From contig DATMCL010000642.1 of NCBI GenBank assembly GCA_035558375.1, forward strand, positions 1-51,101: a DNA stretch of 51,101 nucleotides. Reading direction: 5' to 3'. Numbering within the stretch: the stretch's first letter is position 1; each line of letters opens with the position of its first letter. The position numbers were made by a program, and so were the translations under genes. Origin of the DNA: Polyangiaceae bacterium. Its GTDB lineage: Bacteria; Myxococcota_A; Polyangia; Polyangiales; Polyangiaceae. Under the pieces are notes generated by a model. That model had not been told where the DNA came from and made no database searches. It saw only the letters and a list, made by a program, of their open reading frames with translations. This document shows positions 32,000 through 42,083 of the stretch, in pieces.

Positions 32000-33466
32000 G
32001 TGAAACGACAGCACCTCCGCCGTTCCGCGCTCGCGCTGCTCCTTTCTTGCGCCAGCGCGAGCGTTCACGCCGAGCCGAAGGCTCAGTCGGCGGCGCACGT
32101 CGATGCGCCGGCGCGCCCCGTGCTCGACCTTCCGTTCGAGAAGCTGACGCTCAAGAACGGGCTCACGCTGATCCTGCATCGCGATCCCGCGCTGCCCATG
32201 GTCGCCGTGAACCTCTGGTACCACGTGGGGCCCGCGAACGAGCCCCCCGGACGCAGCGGTTTCGCGCATCTGTTCGAGCACCTGATGTTCGAGGGCTCGC
32301 GCCACGTCGGCCACGAGTTCGACAAGCTGCTCGAGTCGATCGGCGCGACGAACGTGAACGGCACCACGAACTGGGACCGTACGAATTACTTCGAGACGGT
32401 GCCGCGCGAGTATCTCGAGCTGGCGCTCTGGATCGAGAGCGATCGCATGGGCTACCTGCTCGATGCCATCACGCAGGAGCGGCTCGACGTGCAACGCGAT
32501 GTCGTGAAGAACGAGCGCCGGCAGAGCTTCGAGAATGCGCCGTACGGGCCGAGCAGCTTGGCCCTCCTCGACACGATGTTCCCCGTCGGGCACCCGTACC
32601 ACGGTGCCGTGATCGGCTCGATGCAGGACCTCTCGGCGGCGACGCTCGGCGACGTGACGGACTTCTTCCGTGCCTACTACTCGCCGAGCAACGCGACGCT
32701 GACGCTGGCGGGCGACTTCGAGCCCGCTGAAGCCAAGGTGCTCGTGGAGAAGTACTTCGGCACATTGCACGGCAAGCAGCCGGCGCGCCCCGCCCACCGT
32801 GCGACGCCTCCACTCGCAAAGCCGATCCGGCTGACCGTGGACGAGCCGGTCGACCTCACGCGCGTCGCGTACGGCTGGATCGCGCCGCCGGCATTCGGTC
32901 CCGATGACGCAGCGCTCGACATCGCGACCTCGATTCTCGCGGGCGGGCGTGCGACGCGGCTCTATCGGCGGCTCGTCGTCGAAGACAAGCTCGCGTCCGA
33001 GGTCGAGGCGAGCTCCGATCCGAATGGGCTTGCCACGATGCTCGAGGTGAGCGCGACGCTCGCCTCCGGAAAATCCGCGAATGACGTGGAATGGGTGCTC
33101 GACGCGGTGATCGACGGCCTGGCCAGTGCCCCGCCCTCCGCGGACGAGCTGTCGCGCGCCAAACGCCGCACGTTCCTCGCGATTGCGAGCGATCTCGAGC
33201 TCTTGAACGGGCACGGCGGCGACTCGGGGCGCGCGGGGCTCCTGCAGCGCTTCGATCACTACCTGGGCGATCCCGGCTACTTGCCGAAGTGGCTCGCGGC
33301 GATCGACGCCGTCACGGCGGCCGACGTCTCGCGCGTGGTGCAAAAGTACATGGGGAAGAACGCGCGCGTGACGGTCGTCACGCGCCCGAGCTTGGGAACC
33401 ACGCCGCCGCCGACACCAGGGGCGCCGGCACCCGCACCGGCCGCGCCGGGCAAGGAGCGCCCGTGA
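32000..33466 (+). CDS. M16B metallopeptidase, catalytic subunit
   Basis: Signal peptide, SGFAHLFEHLMF (HxxEH), NGTT..DRTNY, VKNERR. GTG start at 32000. Confidence 0.92.
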   Translation: MKRQHLRRSALALLLSCASASVHAEPKAQSAAHVDAPARPVLDLPFEKLTLKNGLTLILHRDPALPMVAVNLWYHVGPANEPPGRSGFAHLFEHLMFEGSRHVGHEFDKLLESIGATNVNGTTNWDRTNYFETVPREYLELALWIESDRMGYLLDAITQERLDVQRDVVKNERRQSFENAPYGPSSLALLDTMFPVGHPYHGAVIGSMQDLSAATLGDVTDFFRAYYSPSNATLTLAGDFEPAEAKVLVEKYFGTLHGKQPARPAHRATPPLAKPIRLTVDEPVDLTRVAYGWIAPPAFGPDDAALDIATSILAGGRATRLYRRLVVEDKLASEVEASSDPNGLATMLEVSATLASGKSANDVEWVLDAVIDGLASAPPSADELSRAKRRTFLAIASDLELLNGHGGDSGRAGLLQRFDHYLGDPGYLPKWLAAIDAVTAADVSRVVQKYMGKNARVTVVTRPSLGTTPPPTPGAPAPAPAAPGKERP

Positions 33467-34959
33467 TGCGCCTCGCGACCATCACGCTGCTCTCGGTCGC
33501 GGTCGCCGCGCTCGGCTGCGGCGGCAACGTGAAGACCTACCGCGCGAATCCGCCGGCGAGCCCGAGCTCGAGCGCCAGCGCCGCCCCCGATCCGGAAGCC
33601 TGGCGTTCGGAGCGGCCAAAGCCCGGCCTGCCCGGGGAGCTCCATTTTCCGGTTCCGGAGGTGCTCAAGCTCTCGAACGGTCTCAGCGTTTACGTCGTGA
33701 AGCAGCCTGCCGCCGTGGTGAGCGTCGACCTCGTCGTGCGGCACGGCGCTTCGTCCGTCGCCGAGGGCAAGAGCGGGCTCGCAGCGCTGACGGCGCGCAT
33801 GCTCGTGGAAAGCTCGCGCCGCCACAAGAGCCGGGAGCTTGCCGAGGCCGCGGAATCGCTCGGCTCGCCGCTCGCCTCGAACGCGAGTCGCGACGATTCG
33901 TCCGTCGGGCTCAGTGTGCTCACGGGGGACCTCGACCGCGCGCTCGCCCTACTCGCGGAGGTCGTGCGCGAGCCCGCCTTCGACGCGAAGGAGTTCGAGC
34001 GCGTGCGCGGCGAGTGGCTCGACCAGCTGGTCGGCGAGCGGCAGGCTCCGGAGCGGCTGGCGTCGCTGGCGGGCCTGCGGCTCCTGAACGGCGCGGTGCA
34101 CGGCGCGCCCGTGAGCGGCGGCGTGAGCGAGGTGAAGCGCCTCAAGGTGAACGACCTCAAGGATTTCCACGCACGTCGCTACGTGCCGAGCGAGTCGGCG
34201 CTCGTCGTCGTCGGCGCGGTGAACGCGGAGTCGCTGCGACCGACCATCGAGAAGCTCTTCGGAAGCTGGCGCGGCGCGGCTCCGAAGCGGACGGCGGCAG
34301 CGCCACTGCCTCCGCCGAATCCCGGTCTTCGGCTCGTCGTGGTCGATCGGCCCGGCGCGGTGCAGACGGCGCTCTTCGCGGCTCAGCGCTTTCCCGCGCG
34401 GAGCGCACAAGGCTTCGAGTCCCGCGACGTGCTCTCCGAGATCGTCGGCGGGCTCTTCACCTCGCGCATCAACATGAACCTGCGCGAGAAGCACGCCTAC
34501 ACGTACGGCGCCTCCGCGCGGCAGGTCGGGACGCGCGAATGGGGAGCTTTCGTCGTCGCGACGAGCGTGCGCACCGACGTGACGGCGGAAGCTCTGGTCG
34601 AGATCCAGCGCGAGCTCGGCCGGGCGCGCGATCCGGGCCTCGGCGCGCCGCTCATGCCCGACGAGGTCGCCCGCGGAAAAGCCGCGCTTCTCCACGCGCT
34701 CGGCGCCAAGATGGAGCACACCTCGCTCGTGGCCGACGCGGTCATTCCACTCTTCTCGCTGAATCTCGGCAGCGACTATTACACCCGCTACCCGAGCTTG
34801 ATCGCGGCGGTCGCGAGCCCGGATCTCGAAGCGGGGCAACGCCTGCTCGCACCCGAGGATCTCCTGGTCGTCGTCGTCGGTGATCACGCGGCGATTCGAC
34901 CGAGCTTCGAGAAGCTCGGCTGGAACCTCGAGGTCGCCTCCGATTCGCTCACCGATTGA
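33463..34959 (+). CDS. M16B peptidase, non-catalytic lipoprotein subunit
   Basis: GTGA overlap, lipobox ALGC, no HxxEH (AALTARML), conserved SRINMNLREKHAYTYGA. Confidence 0.88.
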   Translation: MMRLATITLLSVAVAALGCGGNVKTYRANPPASPSSSASAAPDPEAWRSERPKPGLPGELHFPVPEVLKLSNGLSVYVVKQPAAVVSVDLVVRHGASSVAEGKSGLAALTARMLVESSRRHKSRELAEAAESLGSPLASNASRDDSSVGLSVLTGDLDRALALLAEVVREPAFDAKEFERVRGEWLDQLVGERQAPERLASLAGLRLLNGAVHGAPVSGGVSEVKRLKVNDLKDFHARRYVPSESALVVVGAVNAESLRPTIEKLFGSWRGAAPKRTAAAPLPPPNPGLRLVVVDRPGAVQTALFAAQRFPARSAQGFESRDVLSEIVGGLFTSRINMNLREKHAYTYGASARQVGTREWGAFVVATSVRTDVTAEALVEIQRELGRARDPGLGAPLMPDEVARGKAALLHALGAKMEHTSLVADAVIPLFSLNLGSDYYTRYPSLIAAVASPDLEAGQRLLAPEDLLVVVVGDHAAIRPSFEKLGWNLEVASDSLTD

Positions 34960-34982
34960 GCACGAGCGACTGACCGGCGCGC

Positions 34983-35510
34983 CTACGGCGACTTGCGGTG
35001 GGGCTTGCGCCGGTCGACGGGCAGCGAATCGAGGTCGATGGTGGGGGGTGGGGCCGGCGTCGTGACAGCCGACGGCGGCGGCGCGGGGGCGGCGGCGGAA
35101 CCGCTCCCGGCGAGATCGGGCGATTCCTGCCGGGAGTCGACGAACGCGGCAATCAGTGTCCCCACGACGAGGGACAGGAGCGCCGCGGCGACCAGCAAGT
35201 AGAGCGTCTTCGACTCGACCACGCGCGACGGCTGCTTGAGCTGCTGCCGATCCGAGATCGCCTTTCGCATCTTGTCGAGCTGGCGGCGATCGCGAATCAC
35301 GACGGTCTGCTCGCTCGACTGCCGTGGCCTGCGCACCGTGGCCCGAATGTCTGCGCCCTGCTGGGGCTCGGAGATCACTACCGTGGGGTGATCGGTGGTG
35401 ACGTTCTGGCGCGGCTGCGGAACGTGCACCGCGCTCTCTTGCGCGAGGATGACCTCGTCGCCGAGCTCTTCCAGCTCCTCGTCACGGGGCTCACGCGGCG
35501 GATCGCTCAC
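34983..35510 (-). CDS. Hypothetical single-pass membrane protein
   Basis: One TM (LYLLVAAALLSLVVGTLIAAFV), Pro-rich tail ending IDLDSLP. Start uncertain (35510 GTG or 35546 TTG). Confidence 0.6.
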   Translation of the reverse strand: MSDPPREPRDEELEELGDEVILAQESAVHVPQPRQNVTTDHPTVVISEPQQGADIRATVRRPRQSSEQTVVIRDRRQLDKMRKAISDRQQLKQPSRVVESKTLYLLVAAALLSLVVGTLIAAFVDSRQESPDLAGSGSAAAPAPPPSAVTTPAPPPTIDLDSLPVDRRKPHRKSP

Positions 35511-35606
35511 CCGAGGCACGCTAATACCCGGGGAAGGAGCGGTCAAAACCGCCGGGCGGCCGCGCCCACGGCCCGAAAAGGCGCGCTCGTGATACGCTTT
35601 TTAGCC

Positions 35607-37631
35607 GTGGCTCCGGAATCCCGCCTTCTGGTGGTCGACGACGACGGCGTCAGCCGCCATCTGCTCGGTCAGATGTTGGCGGGGGCCGGCCTCGGTGCCG
35701 ACGTGGTCGGGAGCGGTGCCGAGGCGCTAGCGTACCTCGATAGCCACCCCGCGCCCGCCGCGATTCTGCTGGACCTCGTGATGCCGGAGCCGGATGGGTA
35801 CGCCATCCTCCGCCACGTGCGCGGGCGACCGCGCCTCGCCGACGTGCCGGTCGTGGTGCTGACGGCCCTCGAAACGGACGGCGAGATCGAGCGTGCGTTC
35901 GCGAGCGGCGCGGACGATTACGTGCAGAAACCGTTCCGGCCCGGTGAGCTCTTGGCTCGCCTGCGCGTGCAGATGCGGGTCCGGGAGTACCTCGACCGGC
36001 TGGCGCGCCGGGATCGGGACCAGCAGACCCTGCTCGAGCTCACCCAGGCGCTCGCCTCGAGCCTCGATATCCGCGACATCTTGTTCACGGTCGTGAAGCG
36101 CATCGCCGAGGTGGTGCGCGTCGATCGCTGCAGCGTCGTCCTCCTGGCCGAATCGGGTCGCCTCGGCTTCGTCCTCGCCTCGAGCGACGACGACCGCGTG
36201 CGCGACCGCCCGATCATGCTCGACCAATATCCGGAAATCCGCGAAGTGATCGCGACCGGCCGGGCGCTCGTCATTCAGGACGCCGCCGACAGCCCCCTGC
36301 TCGAGGTCGTCCGCCAGCGCGAGCCCGCGCGCGGCTTCGCGTCGCTCGCGCTCTTGCCCATCATGCACGACCAAGGGCGACCACTCGGCGTGCTGTTCTT
36401 GCGGTCCAAAGCGCGCACGACGTTCGGGGACGCCGAGCTGTCGCTGTCTTCGACGCTGGCGAACGCGACGGCCATCGCGCTGCGCAACGCGCGCCTTTTG
36501 CAGTCCCTGCGCGACGAGACGGAGCAGAGCACGACGGCCCGCGTCGAGGCGGAGCGCCGGGTGCAGCTCTTCCAGCGCTATGCCGGCTTCTTCGAGAGCG
36601 CCGCCGACGGCATGGTCGTGATCGACCGCCACGGGCGCGTGCTGTTCTCGAACCCGCGCGCTCGCGAGATCATCGGAGCCACGGAGGCCGAGCTCTCCTC
36701 GGGCACGTTCGAGTCGCTGCTCGTGCCCGCCCAGCGCGAGCTCGCCGGGCGCTTGATGCGCGGCTTTGCGGCGGGCGTGTATCCGCGTGGCGTCGATCTG
36801 CACCTCGCCGAGCGCCACGGCCGCTCCGTGACCGCCAACGTCAGCTTCAGCTCCGTGCTGCACGACGACGACGCCGTGCTCTTCACGTTCCGCGACGTGA
36901 CGCTCGAGCGTCAGACGGCGGTGGAGCTGCGTCAGACCAAGGAGTTCTTGGAGTCGGTCATCGACAGCTCCGTGGACGCGATCGTGTCGGCCGATCTCGA
37001 GGGCACGGTGCGCATCTTCAACCGCGCCGCAGCCCGCGTGTTCGGCTACTCGCCCGGGGACGTGATCGGCAAGCTCAACGTGGAGGCGCTCTACGCGCCC
37101 GGCATCGCGCGCGAGGTGATGCGCCGCATCCGCAATCCGGACGAGGCCGGCTACGGCAGGCTCGCCGACTTCCGCGTCGACATGCTGGCCGCCGACGGCA
37201 GCTCCGTCCCGGTGCTGCTCTCGGCATCGCTCGTCGTCGAGAACGGGCGGCGCGTCGGCTCGCTCGGCATCTTCACCGACTTGCGCGAGAAGATGCGCAT
37301 CCAGTCCGAGCTCGAGCGCGCCCAGGAAGAGCTCCGCGCGCGCGAGAAGCAGGCCATGATTGCCGAGCTCGCAGGCGCCGCCGCCCACGAGCTCAATCAG
37401 CCGCTCACGAGCGTGATCGGCTACGCCGAGCTGCTCTCGCGGCAGCTTTCGCGTGACCCCGGCGCGGCGCGCAACGCCGAGATCATCGTGTCCGAAGCCC
37501 AGCGCATGGCGGAAATCGTGCGCAAGGTCGGCAGCATCACGAAATACGAGACCAAGAGCTACGTGGGCGAGGCGCGCATCCTCGATCTCGAGCGCGCGAG
37601 CGCCACCAGCAACCGGGAGCCTTCGCCGTGA
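35607..37631 (+). CDS. REC-GAF-PAS-PAS-HisKA signalling protein lacking HATPase
   Basis: VVDDD..LLDLVMP..LTA..KPF receiver, GAF, two PAS (NPRA, NRAA) and AAHELNQPL; the protein ends soon after the DHp helices. Confidence 0.88.
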   Translation: MAPESRLLVVDDDGVSRHLLGQMLAGAGLGADVVGSGAEALAYLDSHPAPAAILLDLVMPEPDGYAILRHVRGRPRLADVPVVVLTALETDGEIERAFASGADDYVQKPFRPGELLARLRVQMRVREYLDRLARRDRDQQTLLELTQALASSLDIRDILFTVVKRIAEVVRVDRCSVVLLAESGRLGFVLASSDDDRVRDRPIMLDQYPEIREVIATGRALVIQDAADSPLLEVVRQREPARGFASLALLPIMHDQGRPLGVLFLRSKARTTFGDAELSLSSTLANATAIALRNARLLQSLRDETEQSTTARVEAERRVQLFQRYAGFFESAADGMVVIDRHGRVLFSNPRAREIIGATEAELSSGTFESLLVPAQRELAGRLMRGFAAGVYPRGVDLHLAERHGRSVTANVSFSSVLHDDDAVLFTFRDVTLERQTAVELRQTKEFLESVIDSSVDAIVSADLEGTVRIFNRAAARVFGYSPGDVIGKLNVEALYAPGIAREVMRRIRNPDEAGYGRLADFRVDMLAADGSSVPVLLSASLVVENGRRVGSLGIFTDLREKMRIQSELERAQEELRAREKQAMIAELAGAAAHELNQPLTSVIGYAELLSRQLSRDPGAARNAEIIVSEAQRMAEIVRKVGSITKYETKSYVGEARILDLERASATSNREPSP

Positions 37632-38917
37632 GGGATCCGGTCGGCTCGCGCAACCCGACTCCCGCACCGCCCTCGGTGACCGACTCGGACTCGCGCGAGC
37701 TCGGCAGCAACGCTCAGGCGCGCCGTGGCTCGGAGCGGCCGATCGCCGACCCGTGGCGCGACGTGCTCCTGGCGCTCGCCCTCGACTTACCGGTCGACGC
37801 GGGGCAGAACGAGGTCACGGAGCGCTTCCTCGACGGGCTCAGCGCGCTCCTGCCGCACCTGGCCCTCGGGACTTGCGTCATCATGGAGCCCGGAGAGCGC
37901 CCTGTCATCAGCGTCCGGCTGCCTCCCGGAGCCTCCGACGCGATGCAGCGCGATCCGACGCGCCTGTTCCCGATCCTGCGCGAGGAGCGCGTGCTGCCGC
38001 TCGACGACGCTTCGACCTTCCACGTCGGCTCGCAGACGGTGCTCCCGCCGCTCGATCTGCAGATCGCCGAGCGCGCCGCCCTCGTGCTGTCGCGCTCGCT
38101 CGCCCGGGCCCAGAGCTTTCGGCGCGTGCACGGCTCGGCGCGCAATCTCGAGCGCCTGCAGGCGCACATGATCCAGGCCGAAAAGCTGGCGTCGCTCGGC
38201 CAGATCGTGGCGGGCGTCGTGCACGAGCTCAACAATCCCCTCACCTCGATCATCGCCTACTCGGAGTACCTGACGCGCAAGGCGCAAGCTCGCTTGCCGG
38301 AGCCGGAGGCGACCGACGATCTCGAGCGCCTGCGCCGCATTCAGGAAGCGGCTGGGCGCATCTTGCGCTTCTCGCGCGATCTCGTCGCTTACGCGCGGCC
38401 GTCGAACGAGATCCCGGGACCCGTGTCGCTGGTCGAGGTCGTCGATAAGGCGCTCGTCTTCTGCGAGCACGAGTTCGCCGGCATCGCCGTCAAGCGCGAG
38501 CTGCCACCGACGCTGCCCGCGATTCGCGGCGTCGCGGGCGCGCTCACGCAGGTCTTCGTGAACCTGTTCACGAACGCGGCGCACGCCATGGGCGGCGGCG
38601 GCGAGCTCTCGCTCCGCGCACGCATCGACCTCGACGCGCGCGCGGTCCTGCTCGACATCGAGGACAGCGGCGTCGGCATCGGCCCCGAGCATCTGCCGCT
38701 GGTTTTCGAACCCTTCTTCACGACCAAGAGCGAAGGACGCGGCTCCGGTCTCGGCCTTTCGATCGTGCGCGGTATCCTCGACGCGGCCGGCGGGACCATC
38801 GAGGTCGACAGCGTCCCGGGCGAGGGGACGACCTTCACGCTCACCTTGCCGATCGCCGCCACGGGCAGCCTGATCCCCAAGCCCTCGAGCGGAACCCCGG
38901 TCAGCGGGCGAGGGTGA
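37628..38917 (+). CDS. Cytoplasmic sensor histidine kinase
   Basis: EKLASLGQ..VHELNNPL, NLFTNA, DSGVGI, FEPFFTTK, GSGLGL. GTGA overlap with the upstream gene. Confidence 0.92.
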   Translation: MRDPVGSRNPTPAPPSVTDSDSRELGSNAQARRGSERPIADPWRDVLLALALDLPVDAGQNEVTERFLDGLSALLPHLALGTCVIMEPGERPVISVRLPPGASDAMQRDPTRLFPILREERVLPLDDASTFHVGSQTVLPPLDLQIAERAALVLSRSLARAQSFRRVHGSARNLERLQAHMIQAEKLASLGQIVAGVVHELNNPLTSIIAYSEYLTRKAQARLPEPEATDDLERLRRIQEAAGRILRFSRDLVAYARPSNEIPGPVSLVEVVDKALVFCEHEFAGIAVKRELPPTLPAIRGVAGALTQVFVNLFTNAAHAMGGGGELSLRARIDLDARAVLLDIEDSGVGIGPEHLPLVFEPFFTTKSEGRGSGLGLSIVRGILDAAGGTIEVDSVPGEGTTFTLTLPIAATGSLIPKPSSGTPVSGRG

Positions 38918-39350
38918 GCACCAGCACCAAAATACCGCGCCGGTAGCCCTGCCCGGCGACGATGAAGCGCTGCCCGACCTTGGCGCGCACCTCGAGCAAC
39001 GGCAAGAACGCGTTCCCGCCGGGCTCGCTAATGCTCGCCGACAGGCGCACCGCGCCGTTCGGCTCGACACCGAGAAGCTCCGCTCCGAGCGTGCGCCCGT
39101 TCGGCAAACGGTGCGTCGCTTTCTCGCCCCGACGGAGCGGCAGCCGCACGTTCTCGAGCAAGCTGTACGTCGCGAACGACGCGAAGGGCGGCTTGGTGAG
39201 CTCGGGGAGATCGCGCAGCCGCGGGTCGATGCCTCGCTTGTCGTGCGTCGCGTGCAGGACGAGCAGCTCGAGCTCCGCCGCCGCCCGGTCGACCGGCTCC
39301 GCGGCGCGAAAATGGCTCGAGCTAGAGCGTGCCGAGGTCGGCGCTTGCAT
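38901..39350 (-). CDS. Hypothetical protein downstream of the anti-sigma gene
   Basis: Globular-looking LVLHAT..IDPRL..PPF..FIVAGQGY..GILVL. Start uncertain. Confidence 0.6.
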   Translation of the reverse strand: MQAPTSARSSSSHFRAAEPVDRAAAELELLVLHATHDKRGIDPRLRDLPELTKPPFASFATYSLLENVRLPLRRGEKATHRLPNGRTLGAELLGVEPNGAVRLSASISEPGGNAFLPLLEVRAKVGQRFIVAGQGYRRGILVLVLTLAR

Positions 39351-39813
39351 CGTCCAGCCAGACCACGGTGGTCTCGCCCATGGCGTCGCCCTCGACCTCG
39401 AAAACCGCGCCGGGGTGAGCGCCGAAGTCAACGGCCTCGACGGCGACCGGACTCGACCGAACCCGTGGCTCACCGCGTGTCGAAGGCACGGGATCCGCGG
39501 GTGCGTTGCCCACCCCGGCGCGTCTTAGGGTCGGGACGGTGCCCGGCACGGCGAGCACGGCGGCGAGCAAGGTCGCGCCGAGCCCGAGCGCACGCCGGCG
39601 CCCGACCCGACGCGCCGCTCGCCGGCGCTCGAAAGCCGCGTCGACGCCCGTCTCCTCCGCCCATGATCGAACTGCGTCGCCGAGCACGCCCAGTGCTTCG
39701 AGGCGCGCCGTGACTTCGGAATGGTGCAAGCGTCCGACGCGAACGGCGCGGGCGCGCTCGGCGTCGAGCTCGCCATCGTGAAAGAGCATTAGCGTCTCGT
39801 CGTTGAGCTTCAA
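39322..39813 (-). CDS. Putative anti-sigma factor
   Basis: TTGA overlap with the sigma stop, ETLMLFHDGELD N-terminus, one TM, C-terminal VEAVDFG..TTVVWL. Confidence 0.7.
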   Translation of the reverse strand: MKLNDETLMLFHDGELDAERARAVRVGRLHHSEVTARLEALGVLGDAVRSWAEETGVDAAFERRRAARRVGRRRALGLGATLLAAVLAVPGTVPTLRRAGVGNAPADPVPSTRGEPRVRSSPVAVEAVDFGAHPGAVFEVEGDAMGETTVVWLDDASADLGTL

Positions 39814-40550
39814 CGGGAGCTGCCCTCCCGCGAGCGCTCGCACTCCTCCACGTAACGCGCGCCGAGCGCGCGCTGCAGCTTCTTTCTCGCGTGAAAGAGC
39901 CGGCTCATGATCGTGCCCTTCGAGACCCCGGCGGCAACCGCCATCTCTTCGTAGCTCATGCCTTCGACCTCGCGCATGAGGATGACGGCTCGGTGGTAGG
40001 GCGGAAGCGCGTCGATGGCTCGCCCCACGACGGACGCGAGCTCGCGCCGCCGCAGCGTGTCCTCGGGATCGGTCTCGGCGAGGCGCGCGAGAAAGAGCGC
40101 GTCCGCCTGCTCGCCGGCGAGCTCGTCCGCGAGCTCGCGCTGCCACGCCGGGCGGCGCATGAGGTCGATGGCGAGATTCTTGACGATCCGGTAGAGCCAG
40201 GTGAAAAAGCTCGCCGCCCCGTTGAACGCGTCGAGACCGCGGTAGACGCGCAGGAACGCCTCTTGGACGATCTCGGAAGCGTCTTGCTCGTCACGGACGA
40301 GACCGAGCGCGATCGAGAACGCGCGGCGCTGGTGGCGCTCGACGAGCTCCTCGAACGCGGGGCGATCGCCTCGCTGGGCACGGTGAATGAGCTCACGGTC
40401 GTGTTCCGATTCCGCCTCGCGGGCCAATTGGTTTGACGAGGGTGGAACCGGGGTATTCACGCTCCCGCCTGCGCTCACCGGAGCGAGCGTGAGCGGCGGC
40501 ACGGAGCGGCGCGGCGGGCCGCGGCGGGCGCTGAAAGCAAGCCGAGACAT
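39810..40550 (-). CDS. ECF RNA polymerase sigma factor
   Basis: DRELIHRAQRGD..EIVQEAFLRV..FFTWLYRI (region 2) and LMREVEGMSYEE..GTIMSRLFHAR (region 4). Start uncertain. Confidence 0.92.
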   Translation of the reverse strand: MSRLAFSARRGPPRRSVPPLTLAPVSAGGSVNTPVPPSSNQLAREAESEHDRELIHRAQRGDRPAFEELVERHQRRAFSIALGLVRDEQDASEIVQEAFLRVYRGLDAFNGAASFFTWLYRIVKNLAIDLMRRPAWQRELADELAGEQADALFLARLAETDPEDTLRRRELASVVGRAIDALPPYHRAVILMREVEGMSYEEMAVAAGVSKGTIMSRLFHARKKLQRALGARYVEECERSREGSSR

Positions 40551-40677
40551 CTGAAATTGAATACGGGAGCACGCCCTCAATTCTCCCCGGGAAGGCGGAT
40601 TCGCTCGTGAGGCCGCATTGGGGCCCGCCCTGCCCCGGCCGCCGCTAGCGGAAATCCCACCCGCCCCTAACGTGCTT

Positions 40678-41790
40678 CTATTCGTCGGCGGCTGATTGCG
40701 GCAACGTTTGAAGCTCTAACGTCACTTCGAACGTCCGCCCTTCGCGCACGACGCGGACGGGCACCTTGGCGCCGATGCCGGCCAGGCTGGCGACCCAGCG
40801 CAGTCGCTCGGGGCTCAGGATTGGATCCGCGCCGAGCCCGACGATCACGTCATCCGGCTGGAGGCCACCGCGGTCGGCAGGTCCCCCGGGCGCGACGGCG
40901 CGAATCAGCGCTCCGGTCTCGGCCGGCAGATGCAGGCGCGTGACGTCGGCTTGCTGAACGCCCGACACGACGACCCCGATGGCGCTGCGACGAATTCTGC
41001 CGTCCTTGAGGAGCCGCGGCAAAAGCTCCTTCACCATATCGATCGGCACGGCGAAACCGATGCTGTTCGCTTGCGGCCGGATCGCGGTGTTGATGCCGAT
41101 TGCGCGGCCTTGGATGTCGAGCAAAGGGCCCCCGGAGTTGCCCGGGTTGATGCTCGCGTCCGTCTGGAGAAAGTCGTAGTAGCCTGAGTCGTCGAGCCCG
41201 CGCACGTCCTGGTTCGTGCGACCCTTGGCCGAGATGATGCCGGCCGAGACGGTGTGCGAGAGGCCGAACGGATTGCCGATCGCGACCGCCCAGTCGCCGA
41301 CGCGCACGGTGCCCGAATCGCCGAGCGGCACGAACGCGAGACCTGTCGCCTCGACGCGCAGGACGGCGATGTCCGTTGGACGATCGCGCCCCACGATCGT
41401 GGCGGGCATCTCGCGCTTCTGCCCGAAGATGACGCGGATCTCGGTGGCGCCCTCGATCACGTGATTGTTCGTGAGGATGAGCCCAGTCGGGTCGAACACG
41501 AACGCCGTCCCGACGGCCTCGTTCATCACCTGCCGGCGGGATTCCTGGAGCGCCTTCACGAACACGACGGCCGGATCGCACTTGGCGGCCAGATCGGCGA
41601 AGCTCGTCGGCGTGCCGGTGGGCCCGAGCGGAACCGGTGGCGGCGCGGGGGGCGGCGTGTATGAGGCGATGGGCACGGCGCCGGAGGGCAAGCCGGAGCT
41701 CGTCCCCGTCGAACCGCCGAGCCGCGTCTTGCAGGCGCCGAGCGCGACCGCAACCAGGCCGAGCGCCAAGACCAGTGGACGAGAGCTCAC
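40678..41790 (-). CDS. HtrA/DegP-family serine protease lipoprotein with one PDZ domain
   Basis: Lipobox LGAC, TNNHV, DIAVL, TDASINPGNSGGP, C-terminal PDZ. Confidence 0.92.
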   Translation of the reverse strand: MSSRPLVLALGLVAVALGACKTRLGGSTGTSSGLPSGAVPIASYTPPPAPPPVPLGPTGTPTSFADLAAKCDPAVVFVKALQESRRQVMNEAVGTAFVFDPTGLILTNNHVIEGATEIRVIFGQKREMPATIVGRDRPTDIAVLRVEATGLAFVPLGDSGTVRVGDWAVAIGNPFGLSHTVSAGIISAKGRTNQDVRGLDDSGYYDFLQTDASINPGNSGGPLLDIQGRAIGINTAIRPQANSIGFAVPIDMVKELLPRLLKDGRIRRSAIGVVVSGVQQADVTRLHLPAETGALIRAVAPGGPADRGGLQPDDVIVGLGADPILSPERLRWVASLAGIGAKVPVRVVREGRTFEVTLELQTLPQSAADE

Positions 41791-42083
41791 TGGGTTCCGC
41801 GCGACACTTCGACGTAACGCAGGCGCAAATCCGTGAGGGCCTGCTCGAGCAGGTGCTCTTCGGGGCCGGTCAGGTTGTTGCGCGTCTTCTCCTGGAGGAG
41901 CGCCAGGAGATCGATGGTCTGGCGAGCGAGCTCGAGGTTCTTGCTCGGCCCGCCATCCTGGTCGGGTGCGTCACCCAGGTGCACGAGCACCGAGTGACTG
42001 AGCGACATGACGAACGTGCTGAAGTCGATGGCGGGAAGCGAGTTGCCGTCGCCGGCCGTGGGCTGGCGATCGGCGCCGGTCAC
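41787..42083 (-). CDS. DUF1844 family protein
   Basis: IDFSTFVMSL..LG..NLELARQTIDLLALLQEKTRNNL..LRLRYV. Confidence 0.85.
   Translation of the reverse strand: MTGADRQPTAGDGNSLPAIDFSTFVMSLSHSVLVHLGDAPDQDGGPSKNLELARQTIDLLALLQEKTRNNLTGPEEHLLEQALTDLRLRYVEVSRGTQ

Noticed and set aside
32000-34959. M16 subunit lacking HxxEH as a pseudogene or novelty
   Set aside because: Active plus inactive heterodimers are the normal M16B arrangement.
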